DNA of 46,999 bases, from NCBI GenBank assembly GCA_900088475.1, contig FLMG01000956.1:1-46999 (forward strand), in the 5' to 3' direction. The DNA is from Hyphochytrium catenoides (taxonomy: Eukaryota; Protista; Hyphochytriomycota). Under the pieces are notes generated by a model, which was not told the DNA's origin, searched no databases, and saw nothing but the letters and a program-made list of their open reading frames with translations. Of this stretch, positions 23,279-34,193 are shown one piece after another (the first letter of the stretch is position 1; each line of letters begins with the position of its first letter). Position numbers and translations under genes: made by a program.

Positions 23279-23952
23279 ATAGGTCTAGTAGTCTAATCGT
23301 AGAACCACCGCCGCCGAACGATCCTGACCTCCTGCCATTGAAGCAGCAGCGAGTCAATCAGTAGTTGGCGGTACTTACGTACGTACCCAGAGAGTGACTT
23401 GACGCTGAGTGAGGAGAGAGAAAATCCGATCTCTCCTTCTTCTCAACATCGTCATCATCACTATTCTTCTTTTTTTTCTATCGTTTGCTTGTACCGTTTT
23501 ATCAGCAAGGAAAGAGGGCGGCGTGGAAAGAGGACGGAGGAAGACCCAGTCCTCTTGTCTTCTCTTCTCTTCTTCTCTCTGCGTCCTTCTATGCTCAGCA
23601 AAGAGTCAGAGTCCCATAAAATGTTCGAACCAATAAATGAGCGACACAGAGACCAAGAGCTTCTGAGACAGAGGTGAGAAGAGATATCCCCTTGGTCAAT
23701 AATTACTAGTATATTCTACCCGCTGAGTGAAAGCGAGAGAAAGAGAGCTAACATTCGAAGATAGGTCTAGTAGTCTAATAGTAGTAGAACCACCGCCGCC
23801 GAACGATCCTGACCTCCTGCCATTGAAGCAGCAGCGAGTCAATCAGTAGTTGGCGGTACTTACGTACGTACCCAGAGAGTGACTTAACGCTGAGGAGAGA
23901 GAAAGTCCAATCTCTCCTTCGTTCTTCTTCTCAACATCGTCATCATCACTAT
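23279..23952. repeat. ~186-190-bp direct repeat pair (23279-23464 and 23761-23952)
   Basis: ataggtctagtagtctaat...agaaccaccgccgccgaacgatcctgacctcctgccattgaagcagcagcgagtc...tcaacatcgtcatcatcactat is present twice with few differences. Confidence 0.93.
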
Positions 23953-24410
23953 CAACGAGATTGCTTTTGAATGTCCTTTATTGATGTTAATTAGACACTC
24001 AAAGCTCCAACCTTTGCAGTTCCCTCACGCTGATAAGCGTCAGATGATTAGACCCCAATGACTCAATCGATACTAGGATGAGACTTCAGGCGAACAAGAA
24101 AGGACTTCAATGCAGGGAAAAGAAAGAATCGTGCGGTGGGAGGGCGGGAGTACTCCGAGAGAGGGAAAAGAAGAACTGAATGCCGAGTGAGTGAACGAGG
24201 CTAGTCAGTTCGTTCCCTCTTCTCTTACCAGTCATTCCATTTGTTGGATGCAGAACCAACACAATAGAATGACGGAATTGAGTTGAGCGATGATGAACTT
24301 AATTGCAATAAGGGACATCATCGTATCAACGAGATTGCTTTCCTCTCTGTCCCGTTGTTCTGCTGTTGAGGAGAGAGCTCATCGGAGCAATTGGCCTGGT
24401 TTCACCAATG

Positions 24411-25714
24411 TCAGACCATCCTATGTTGAGGGGTGAGACCCACGAGATCCCCAAAGAAAAATGAGTCGTCGCTATGGGGGGGTCGCTCGTTGCCATAGCG
24501 CTTGTACGTGTGTGAGTCCCAGTCCCCCAAGTACTGCACCATCACGTCCTTGACCCCTGCTGCCCGACAGGCAGTCACGAAGCCATGGCGGAGGCTATGC
24601 CATGAGAGGTTGCTCGTCGAGATCCCTTGTAGCCCAGCCCGCCTGGGCCTCGACACAGCCGCCGCAACGCCGAATTCGCGCTTGTGTCGTTCGCGGACGG
24701 TGCGATCCGCTCCGTGCCGCCGCTAGGTGTGGCGGCTGCTGCCACCGGTGAGTGTGGTAGCGTCCTGCTTTGTCTGCTAATGGTAGGACCCTGAGAGCGT
24801 ATGCGTTGCTGTAGCTCTTGTACTGCTTGCCGTAAAGCCGCCGGCACAGGTTGTCGCAGCTGGACCGACGCTGGGCTTTGCGTGGCCCTCATCTTCTTTC
24901 TGACCTCCGGCCCCAGGGTAATTACTAATTCTTGGCAATCCCAGATGACATCACGCCATCGCAAATGAAGTGCTGCGTTGACCCTGAGTCCATACATGAA
25001 GGAGAGAGCAATGATGAGTGTGTGTGTGCTACCTGTGGCGGTATCCCGCTGAGACAGCTGCTGTCTTATCCCCCATTGAATGAGTCGCCGAACCACGCTT
25101 GAATGTATCGGCGCTGCGGTTGTCTTCCCCGCTGATTCTTTACGGTTCTCCTCCAGGTCGCGTCTCTCCTCCTGGTGAGTTGCCGTGGTTGTTGAGGCCC
25201 TCGCAGGCGTCGACAACAGTGTGGTCTTGCTCAGGTGTAATCGTTCGTAAGAATGCTTGAAGCTTTTAACCACTTCTGCCGAGGGGAAAGGCCACTCATG
25301 GAGCTCGTGTACCTTCCGTAAGGCAGATGCCTTTTGTGGGATGGAGCTAGGTTGTATGCCTCGTGACCGTAGCCAGCTAAAATACCCCGCTAACTTTCCT
25401 TGTGTCACAGGCCAGGCATCGTCGCTTCGCTTCCGTTCACCATACCAGTAGTGCAAGTACTCGTCGATGTGGCCCTTGTACGTTCGCCAGGTGTTATCAG
25501 CTAGGATACCTCTCAGAATCTGTTGTGCTCCATCTCTGTCTTCGCTTGGTGTCATCGCTAATGTGTGTGTGCGCCACCTTTCTAAGAGCGCTGTTGTGGC
25601 ACTGAGATACGCTCTGCAATCATGTCCCAAACCCGGACTCCCGGGGGCCATGTCACCTGCTCGCCTTTGACCTTCATTATTTGCTGACTCAAGCTCATTA
25701 GAGACGGCCACCAC
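24411..25714 (-). pseudogene. tyrosine recombinase (DIRS-type), one frameshift near 24640-24660
   Basis: SAM-like N-domain LADNTWRTYKGHIDEY...LAGYFSWL...SALRKVH; catalytic R in FMYGLRVNAALHLRWRDV; second frame supplies WHSLRHG (HxxR), LGDWDS (W) and TYKRY (Y). Confidence 0.88.
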
Positions 25715-25785
25715 ATCGCCCCATCCCAGAAGGGACAGACCAGTATCCCTGTTCCGCCCTCCTGTTGAATCTTCTGGTAAAGAGC
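25582..25785 (-). pseudogene. C-terminal remnant of DIRS pol (N6-adenine methyltransferase-like domain)
   Basis: Frame absent from the ORF track: QKIQQEGGTGILVCPFWDGAMWWPSLMSL...WDMIAERIS...*. It matches the DIRS MT tail K-I-x-x-E...ILV-x-P-x-W-x4-WWP-x-L and overlaps the YR start, as is typical for DIRS. Confidence 0.75.
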
Positions 25786-25853
25786 TTATTAGAGGCAGAG
25801 CTGACTAATTGGGCAAGAGAGAAGGTAGGCAGAAAACACAAACAAGAGTTACA

Positions 25854-27620
25854 ATGGCAGCAGCAGCAGCGCCACAAGACAAGGAAGCTCCTTTCTGGCG
25901 GCTCTTCAGAATTGCAGCAGTGGAGGAGCCAGCATCCTCAACTGAGAACTGCATCACCGTCATCCTCGAGCACGACGATGAGGCGACGATGAAACTCTGC
26001 TTTCAAGGAGAAGCTGGAGTGGACGAGGAGGAGGAATTGGACACTCTTGGCAGTAGTTCTAAAAGAAGAAGACGCATGACGACAGAGACTCAGAGGCTTG
26101 AGATAAGGGTATATGGCGACAGGACAGGCTTCCCACTGGGGAGGCCGTTACCTACTTCAAGCAGAAGCAGGAGAAAGGAGCACTCGTCATTGGCTGGAAA
26201 GACAATCGTCGGAAAAAGATAGGCTTTTCCGGATTCTCTTGGAGTCGAGAGCAAGATGACGCTGCAACTCCTGCTTCTTGTTCTCCTTTCTTCCCTTCCT
26301 TTCCGCCCGAAAAACTCATCAAGATTAACACTTGCCCGGTGTTCACACCGCTTTATGGCAATTTCCGTGTCTTAGACAGCGGGTTCGTGCCCGTATGTGA
26401 GGCCTTTAACCCCCCCGGCGCCTTCTCTCTCCTCAAATGCGCCTAGATCTTCTCTTAGAGTCTCCGCACTCTCTTATGAATCTCACTATCAGCCCATACA
26501 CAAAGCTCTGTTACAAGCAGGTTATATAGAGTTTCTGTACCAAGTGGTCGCCAATACGACTGCTGTCGGGTATCTCCTTCCCCCCAAGACTGCAACGTTT
26601 GCATCAACCTTCCTGGCTGTATTGCCTGAGCTGAAATCCTGTCATAGCATACCAGAGCTGTTTCGGGCTCTGAGGAGGCAAGGAAGAGTAGCAGCCCCTG
26701 CGCTTGGGAAAGAAGCAGTTCTCTTCTACCACTTTCAGTCGCCTACAAAACTAAGTGGGCCTGACGCTTGAGCCGGGTATATGAGTCTCGATGTCGACAT
26801 AAAGATGTCTCTAGCCAACATGATCAAGGGCTACCCCGGGACCTGGTGTCTACTGAAGAGCGCAGATGCTCCGTTCAATGGCGGTGTCGCAGTCTCCCAA
26901 ATTGACTCACAGGAGCTTTTTTATGAGTGCCTTACAGAAGGTACTCAGGTTACAGTGGCAGTACAGCTGCTGAGAGTGGGCTTTACAACGAAGTGCGACG
27001 TGTTGTTAGGTGGCGACTGGCTGTGGAGACTCCCTCGTACCATTGGAAGCTTCTGCCTGGGCATTGGATTGACATTGACACCAGTAGACTTCACTCAGAG
27101 TAGTGTCATCAATCGCTATCCATTGACAATTCTGAAAATCGGCCAAATCTCGCGGACGTCTTCAGAGGCAGAATGGAGCCTAGGCTTAGATCGGGAGGCC
27201 CTTGTCTCTTTCCGAATGGAGCATATTGAGGCGGCGCATGACCTGAGGAGACGGTCAGCACTTCATCCATTAGGCTTCTGCCTGTTAGTCTCACCCCTAC
27301 CGAGCTCAACCACCTTCGGTCAAGCTAATCAAGGTGACACTGTAGGATCTGTTGCTAAGTAAGAATGAAAGAGACAATGGCTTGTCTTGAAGAAGCCCTT
27401 GGCATGACACCCATAAATGGTAGAGTTGATCCCTCAACCATCAATATTAGCGGTCTTAGTGAAGGGAGGCCAGGCGTGCCCCTTACTTTTGAAAGTGTAA
27501 CGACTGAGAATGACAGCTGATGACCATTAGTCATAAACTTGGTCACCCGGTGTTGGGACTCTGCTTATACGATAGGACAGAACAGAAAGCCGCTGACCCA
27601 CCTTCATAGAGAGTACTGGT
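25854..27620 (+). pseudogene. decayed intronless gene of unknown function
   Basis: ORFs 26397..26771 and 26781..27362 share a frame and are separated by one TGA; coding-like complexity continues on both sides; no recognisable motif. AATAAA repeats follow at ~27806. Confidence 0.4.
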
Positions 27621-27645
27621 AAGAGCACCATCTGACCGAGCACTG

Positions 27646-27701
27646 CTTCATTTGATATTAGAGGTATTCGCATCTTCATTTGATATTAGAGGTATATGCA
27701 T
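27646..27701. repeat. 28-bp tandem duplication
   Basis: cttcatttgatattagaggtat(tc/at)gcat x2. Confidence 0.9.
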
Positions 27702-29014
27702 GCTTGTTCATTGCTTACGTCTCCAAGCAACTCCCCGGCTTTCGCTATCGTGTCTCTTGGGTTCTTGCAATTCTCTCTCACAATATGCCAAATACGGCTT
27801 CGATTAATAAATAAATAAATCAGTTCTTTACTTAAAAAGTTATAGAGGGGTAGACGACTAAAAAGGCTAGCAGTTTAGTTTGGCTTCCTGCTACTTACTT
27901 ACTTTGCACTATTGTGGTGCTAGCACCGGTTGTTGCTTAGCTCTCGCTACCTTTTCGCGCACAACACTTCCACAGGGACCGAGCCCGAAGCCCGTTCCTG
28001 TGGAGCTCGTAGGGACCTCTCTTTACCTCTTCAGGATGGGTAACTTGTTGGTTGAGAACAGCCCTCTGAGCTCTGAGAGAGTTGGCGAGGCCAAGGACTT
28101 CATCAAGGCATCGAGCCTGTGGTCGGCTGCTATAAAGCGTTGTAGGACGGAAGGTGCAGACGCTCCGTTGCCGACTACAGTTAGCCTATTTTGGCACAAA
28201 CTGGGCATAGTATGGACAAAGAGAGTGGGCGCGGAAAATAGATCCTAGTCACAACCTCTAGAGACAGAATCTCTTTTAAATGCTTGTTGGGGCTTCTGGA
28301 AATCAGAAAGTGGCTGGGGAAGTCGGATTCCCTCCCGCACAGCTACAAAGCGGCTCTAAGCACTGCGAACACCTACCTTTACAGGACATATGCTTCTGCT
28401 GTTGTTGCTAACAAGACAGACCGAATCTCCATTACGGGAAAGGCATGAACGAGGAGGGTATGGACATAAAAAAGGAAGAAGAAAAGGAAGGAGGTGTTAC
28501 TTCTTCAGGATCGCACATAGGGAGTGAAGCGGCAAATCCCCACTCGGAACTTTCCTGAACCTCTACAGGGTTCTCAGGACGAGGGTGTGCTGATAAGAAG
28601 CCAAAGTTAATGTTAGGGAAAAGGCATGACCATTGGGGTAATTTGGGTGAATTTAGGTAATACCTGACCATCTTCAGAGAGCCATATCTCAGAGACCCAT
28701 GACCCAATTGCCGTTCTGCAAGCGGCTACCAGGTCCCTAGATACCCGAGTTCGACTCTGCCAAACCCCGTCTTTATAGCAGTAATTAAAGCCGGATCCGC
28801 CGACTCTGAAACCTTCCGTCATTTTACCTCTACTTGACTGGGGTATTCGTTGTTAATATTTTCCCATTTCTTTCGGCATTTTTTAATAAAAATAAATCTC
28901 GGTGCTCCCTGTACCAGTACCGTTACGTCTGCTCTTTCCACTGACATGAGGAGGTGAAGAGAGTGAAGAGTCACCACCAAGGAAGAAGAGAAGCTCCAGA
29001 GATTGCAACTATCC

Positions 29015-29200
29015 ATCTCTCTCTCTCTCTCTCTTACTCTCTCTTTCTCTCTCTTTCTCTCTTACTCTCTCTGTCTCTGTCTCGGTGCCGCTGTCTGTCT
29101 CTCTCTCTCTCTGTCTCTGTCTGTCTCTCTCTCTTCTGTCGCTCTGTCTCTCTCTCTCTCTCTCTCTGTCTCTCTCATTCTGTCTCTCTCTCTCTCTGCT
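29015..29200. repeat. compound (CT)n/(CTGT)n microsatellite
   Basis: Directly visible; similar tracts at 18816-18870, 19150-19190, 32145-32190, 33253-33290, 34896-35025, 40415-40630. Confidence 0.9.
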
Positions 29201-30934
29201 TTGCCCTCCTGTCTGTCGAGACAGAGGTCAACTACTTCTTTCTCATCCAACAAAGCATAACTATGTGATCTTATCTTTCTCGTGGTCTCGGAAGAAGAAG
29301 GAATGAGCTCAGTGGATGATCCAGGCCGCAACAGCCCAAAGACAGATAAGCTTTGAATGAAGGGACAACAAGCAAGAATACTGTCAAAAGAGAAAGATAC
29401 AAGGACGACTCTCCCTTCTTACATCTGATGAAGAAAGATCGTCTTCCCTGTGAATAAGATTAGCAGCGCGAACAGTGCCGCCGACAGACAAAGAGAGGAA
29501 AGACAGCTCTCTATCCTTGTACACTCTTAACCATTGGGAAGAAGTAAGTCTCAAGGAAGGCCCATCCAGTCCCTGAACAATCGTTAGCTGGTCTTTCAGC
29601 AGAATCCGCACCATGTCCCGATCGATGGCTCTCCGGGTTGCGCTAAGCGTCCTGTTCCTCTTTCTCTCCCGCAACGACCAGTCTCCTGTCTTCACTTGGA
29701 GTCCTTCCTGGGCTATACCAGGAGTCTCGGCCACCCCTCAGTCCGGATCTTCTAACCCTTTCGGTACGGTCGCTGTCATCTTCCCTGCTGTTCTGCTGTT
29801 AGTAGCAGGAGAAAGCCTTCTTTAGTTTCTTTACCAGTGTTTCTGATCTATAGCATCTGTGCCTTCTCCTCTCTCTCTTCTATTCTTCCTCTCTTCCTGA
29901 CTGTTTACACAGATGAACAAGGCTTCTTCTCTCTTTACGACTTCTGTCTCTCGTGGCTGTCGCGTTTTGCCTCTCTGTCTCTTCCTCGAACAGTAGTGTT
30001 TTACTCTCCTCTTCTTCTTCTTTTGACTACGTCCATAGGGTTCTATTGACACGCTCCTTCTCTTCTTACTCTCTCTCTTCCAGCGGGGCGACACGTAGTT
30101 GCCAGGGGCAATGTTCAACCCCGGAGCAACACTCGCGTGAGGCCAATGAGAGACAACAGGGACCAGACGCTGCTAATCACTGACTTCCCCATAGAAGAAC
30201 CCATTCCTTCCCCTGTCCACGCTTGCCCTGACGTTGTCGTAGAGTTCTCTGTTCCAAGGACGGCGCGCGGCATTACGACTGTCATCACACTCTGCAGCTT
30301 TTGATCTTGTGCCAACAACCAGGAAGACCGAGAGTTTTGTTCATAGACAGCTGCAGAAGTGGAAGACTATATATATAGAGAGAGAGAGACAGAGAGAAAG
30401 AGAAGTAGATGACGGTGCCGACTAATGTTCTCTCGTGCATCTTTCCCACTCTCTCTCCCGCTTCGCAGAGCTTTCCTCCCCTTTTTCCGTGCACTTTCTC
30501 TCTCTCTCTCTCCCTTTTCGCAGAGCTTTTTCCCTTCATTGACGTCATACTACCGCAAATGAGATCCATAAGTTAAATATTTCTATAGACACTTGTCGCG
30601 CATTCTTTGGCGATCCTTTAGCACTCTTTCTCAGTCGCCATGCAGAGGGCACGAAAAGGATTTCCCCCAGGTCTCTCTCTCTCTCTCTCTCTCTCGTTGG
30701 TCGAGGTCTGCCGAGATTTGGCGGAGGAATCTATAGAAGAGTACTCCATGATTGCCTTTAGTTATTCACAAGTATAAGAGAGAAAAGGAGAGAAAGTCAG
30801 AGAGAGAATCCAGTTCGACATGCCATCCTGAGCGAGACGACGAGCTAAGAGGAAGAGTGCTAAGCTTAGCTATTCTACCCTGCGAGTGGTTCTGGCTTTT
30901 CCTTCAGCACGGACATCCATCTATTCCTTCTCAC

Positions 30935-32150
30935 CTTTTGGCAGAAGGAGCGTCAAAGTCTTTCCAGCTTCTTCGGAGCAAAGAGAAGGAATCATTCGCC
31001 TTCAGTGCCTAACCTCTCTCTTCACGTCCTGTTTCACCATCTCTTTCTCTCATTTATGTCGGTTGGGGCAGGCCATTACCGTCCAGGACTATCTTTTTCA
31101 TCTAGCATCCTAGAGAAGTGTCCCACTGCCATCCAGTGAGGCACTTCCCGCGCGACGAGAGAGAAAGCTTGGCTCAGTGAGTCCTTGGACTGCTCGGAGA
31201 GAGGATAAAGAGGCGGCGCCAGCTCCCGAGCCTTTCTTGCCCGAGATTGGGATGCAAGCAGCTGCGTCCAGTCGTGTCGCTCTTCAGCAACCGACGCTTC
31301 TACAGCGGAAAGAGAGACGACACGTTCCTGGAAAGGGTCTCTCTCTTTCTCTTCAGTTGACTGGATCAATTTGTCGCGGACCACTGTCGATGTCACGAAG
31401 AGAAGAGAGAGAACTTTAGTACATTGAGAGAAAGCACCGCAGATCAGAGAGAGAGAGAGACAGAGAGAGGGAAAGAGAGTTACCTAGTGCATTTTGGATA
31501 GTTGACAGAGCGCTGGCGGTCATCTCCTGCAGCTCCTTCATTACTCCTTGCGTATCGAGGTACTCAGGAGACGACACCTGGAAAGGAAAGGATGCAGAAG
31601 AGAGACTGGGAGGAGACGTTGCCCTGTCCTCTCTCTCCTTTCCTCCCTCTTCTCTAACCTCAGCAGGTCCTCCCAACACCTCTGAATCCTCAAAAAACGC
31701 GGGACAGGCAGGGCTTTCTTCCTCAACGTCCATAGGAGAGACAGGGGAAGATGGACGCTGTGGAGTGACTCTTGACCGCTTTCGACTTGGAGCAGGGAAT
31801 TCTCTCTTTTCCATCCAGCAGTTATATGGCGTGAGCCCACGATGAGGCAGACTCGTGTCATGTTCTCTCTCTTTCTCCCTCTTCTCATTTCCTCGCGCAT
31901 TTGGCACAGGTTTCTTTTCTAAAACGATGGTCTCTTCTAAGGAAGAGACAAAAGATGTTGAAGTTTCTCTTCTTCTTTCAGCCAAGGTGGAGGAAGAGGA
32001 GGGAGTAAAAGATTGAGCATCCTGCCTCTCCTTTGTGAGATCTGCGGAGAGAAGAGAGGGAAGCAGAGAGCTTGAGCCTTTACTCACCACAAGGGCAGCA
32101 TGTTCAAAGTGTGAAAAAATATGAGACAAACAGAGATTGATCGAGAGAGG

Positions 32151-32188
<38 letters not shown>

Positions 32189-32840
32189 AAGAGGAAATAG
32201 GGCAAGTGAGAAGCAGATGGACGATGACAGCGAGCGTGACATCAGTGCTAACAAGGGACAAAGGAGATGAGATGAGACGGATACGTTGCCTACCGATGGG
32301 AGTGTCTCTTTGTTCACAGATCACTGAGGAGCTAGGGAGAGAACAAGAGAGAGCAGAGAGCTTTCTCTTGATGGCTCGGCTCTCGTGTGAGTCTAACCAT
32401 CTAGAGTAGGCGGACAAGCCTACCGGTACGTTCTCTTTCTTTAGTGCCTCCTCTCTTTCTGCGATGTTATGGCCAAGCGAGAGAGAGACTGGCGCCTTCT
32501 GCTGAGAAGAAAGAGCAGCCTGAGAGGAAAGAGAGGAAGGACGGCAGATTTGAGGTGTAGATTGTCGTCGTCCTTTCTTTTCTTTCCGGCCGCTGAAGAG
32601 AGGAAGGTTTGACGGCTTTAAGCTTTTAAGGCTCCTCTTGCTCTCTTCTCTCTCCTTGAATCCCGGAGTCTTATTGGCTAAGGATCGTAAGGGTGTCCGG
32701 CGCTCTGTCTCGCGGCTTGACGTTTTCTCTCTCTCTTTCTGGGGCTTGTACTTGGGGATGTGTGACGGTCGGTTGGGCTTGTTCTCCTCTTCCTCGTCCC
32801 TCTGCCGCCTGCCGCCCGTAGGCGGCGAAGGGAGAGGCAT
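30935..32840 (-). CDS. multi-exon hypothetical protein (disordered, basic/Ser-rich N-terminus; helical C-terminus)
   Basis: A 474-codon ORF that reads through a CT-rich intron-like segment (~32290-32045), a further exon ~31383-31080 (KLIQSTEEKERDPFQERVVSLSAVEASVAEERHDWTQLL) and ~31009-30935 bounded by GT/AG. Exon borders are approximate and the 3' end is unresolved. Confidence 0.5.
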
Positions 32841-33251
32841 GACAAGAGGGAGAGAGACGCCAAAGACTACAGAGGACTTCTCTCTCTCTCTCTACTCTGT
32901 CTCTCTCTGTCTCTCTCTTTCCCTCACTTCTGACGGAAGACCCAATTTAGTGAGAAGTAGTGGCGCATCTGTCTCTTCTGTCACTGACGTAGGAGTGTGA
33001 AAAGGAGTCTCTTTAGGAGTGGGACCAAAGCTCGTTTCCTTTGTCTGTCGATCTTCCAGACAAAGGCATCAGATCCGGGAAAGAGGAAGCGTGCCGCCTC
33101 TCTCCTGGTCCTTCTCTACTTCTTTCCTCGCTTTTCTCGGCGACTCTTCTCTTCTCTTGCACCTGTCATCAGCACGCTGTGTAGAGTCCGTCCTTCTTTC
33201 TGCTCCGCCCTTATCTCTCGCAGCTTGCCGCTTTCCTCTTCTCTTGGCACG

Positions 33252-33289
<38 letters not shown>

Positions 33290-34193
33290 TCCTACTCTTT
33301 CCTTTCCTCTTCTTCTCATGATCTGCAGATAAGATTTGGATTTAGTAGCCGTTAAAACGGGCGTTACCGGCTATCTAAAATCCTTTTTACGGTACAAGAA
33401 TGTTCTTGGTGCTTATCTTCGTAGAACGATGTTTCGCTCAGGTCGTCTCCGAGTCATATTATCGTTGATATATCTCATCTACACTTTTATTATCGGTATT
33501 TGTTGTTATTCTCCTACTGGTCAGTGCTCTCTGTCTTTTGTTACCCTCTCGAACATCCATTTCTCTCTTTCTCTCCTCTTTCTCTCTCATCTCTTCTCCT
33601 TATAGGCGCCGCGCCGCAAGCCCAGCAACACTAACATAACAACCAGCAGGCGGCCTCCTTTTGAAGGTCATCGGGTCTGTTGAGCAAGGCAACAAGATGC
33701 TACCTCACCAGACCAAACCCTTGACCAAACTACATCTTTGATCTCCATGCGGCCCTGGGCCTCTGTCAGCAACTGGTCAAAAAGACTGTGGGTGCACGGA
33801 AGTGGGGGAAGAAGGCTACATGTTTGTCAGGAGGAGGGGCCTGTGGAAGGAGGAGCATACACCACCGAACTCTATGATAAGAGGTTGACGCGTGAGGATG
33901 AAGCCTCTACCACGGTCCTGCCGGTGGATCTCTTAGAGGAAAGAGACGGGAGTTCGCTTTCTTTCTCACTTTGAGCTGTTAGAAGCTGCCGGAGAGGACG
34001 TACAAACAAGTTGATGAGAGAAAGAAGAGAGAGAGGAAGAAAGTAGTTACGGCTGAGAATCGAGCTCCAAAGTCAGCTATAAAAAAGGAAAAGATAGAAT
34101 CATTATTAAATATATGACTGATCTGTAAGATCTAATGTCAGAGAAGAAGATAAAAAGAGAACAATGGCCATCGCTCAGCAGGGCACATCCATC

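Larger units (their letters stand above)
23950..25785 (-). mobile_element. 5'-truncated DIRS-superfamily (tyrosine-recombinase) retrotransposon
   Basis: A DIRS-type pol methyltransferase-like tail overlaps a tyrosine recombinase ORF. The 3' non-coding end has an 18-bp direct repeat (23950-23967 / 24324-24341) and an imperfect ~15-bp inverted repeat. No gag/RT/RNase H is seen upstream. Confidence 0.82.

Noticed and set aside
24411-25714. Phage integrase, integron or Crypton
   Set aside because: Eukaryotic context, overlapping DIRS MT-like tail and terminal repeats favour a DIRS-superfamily retroelement.
27646-27701. CRISPR-like 28-bp repeat
   Set aside because: Only two adjacent copies, no spacers, no cas genes, eukaryotic DNA.
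28954-29331. LSLSLS / RERERE ORFs here and at 32-33.6, 34.8-35.9, 40.2-41 and 46.2-46.8 kb
   Set aside because: Translations of CT/GA microsatellites.
29384-30320. Minus-strand ORF fragments as a gene
   Set aside because: Coding-like in places, but I could not assemble a frame-consistent model or assign a family.
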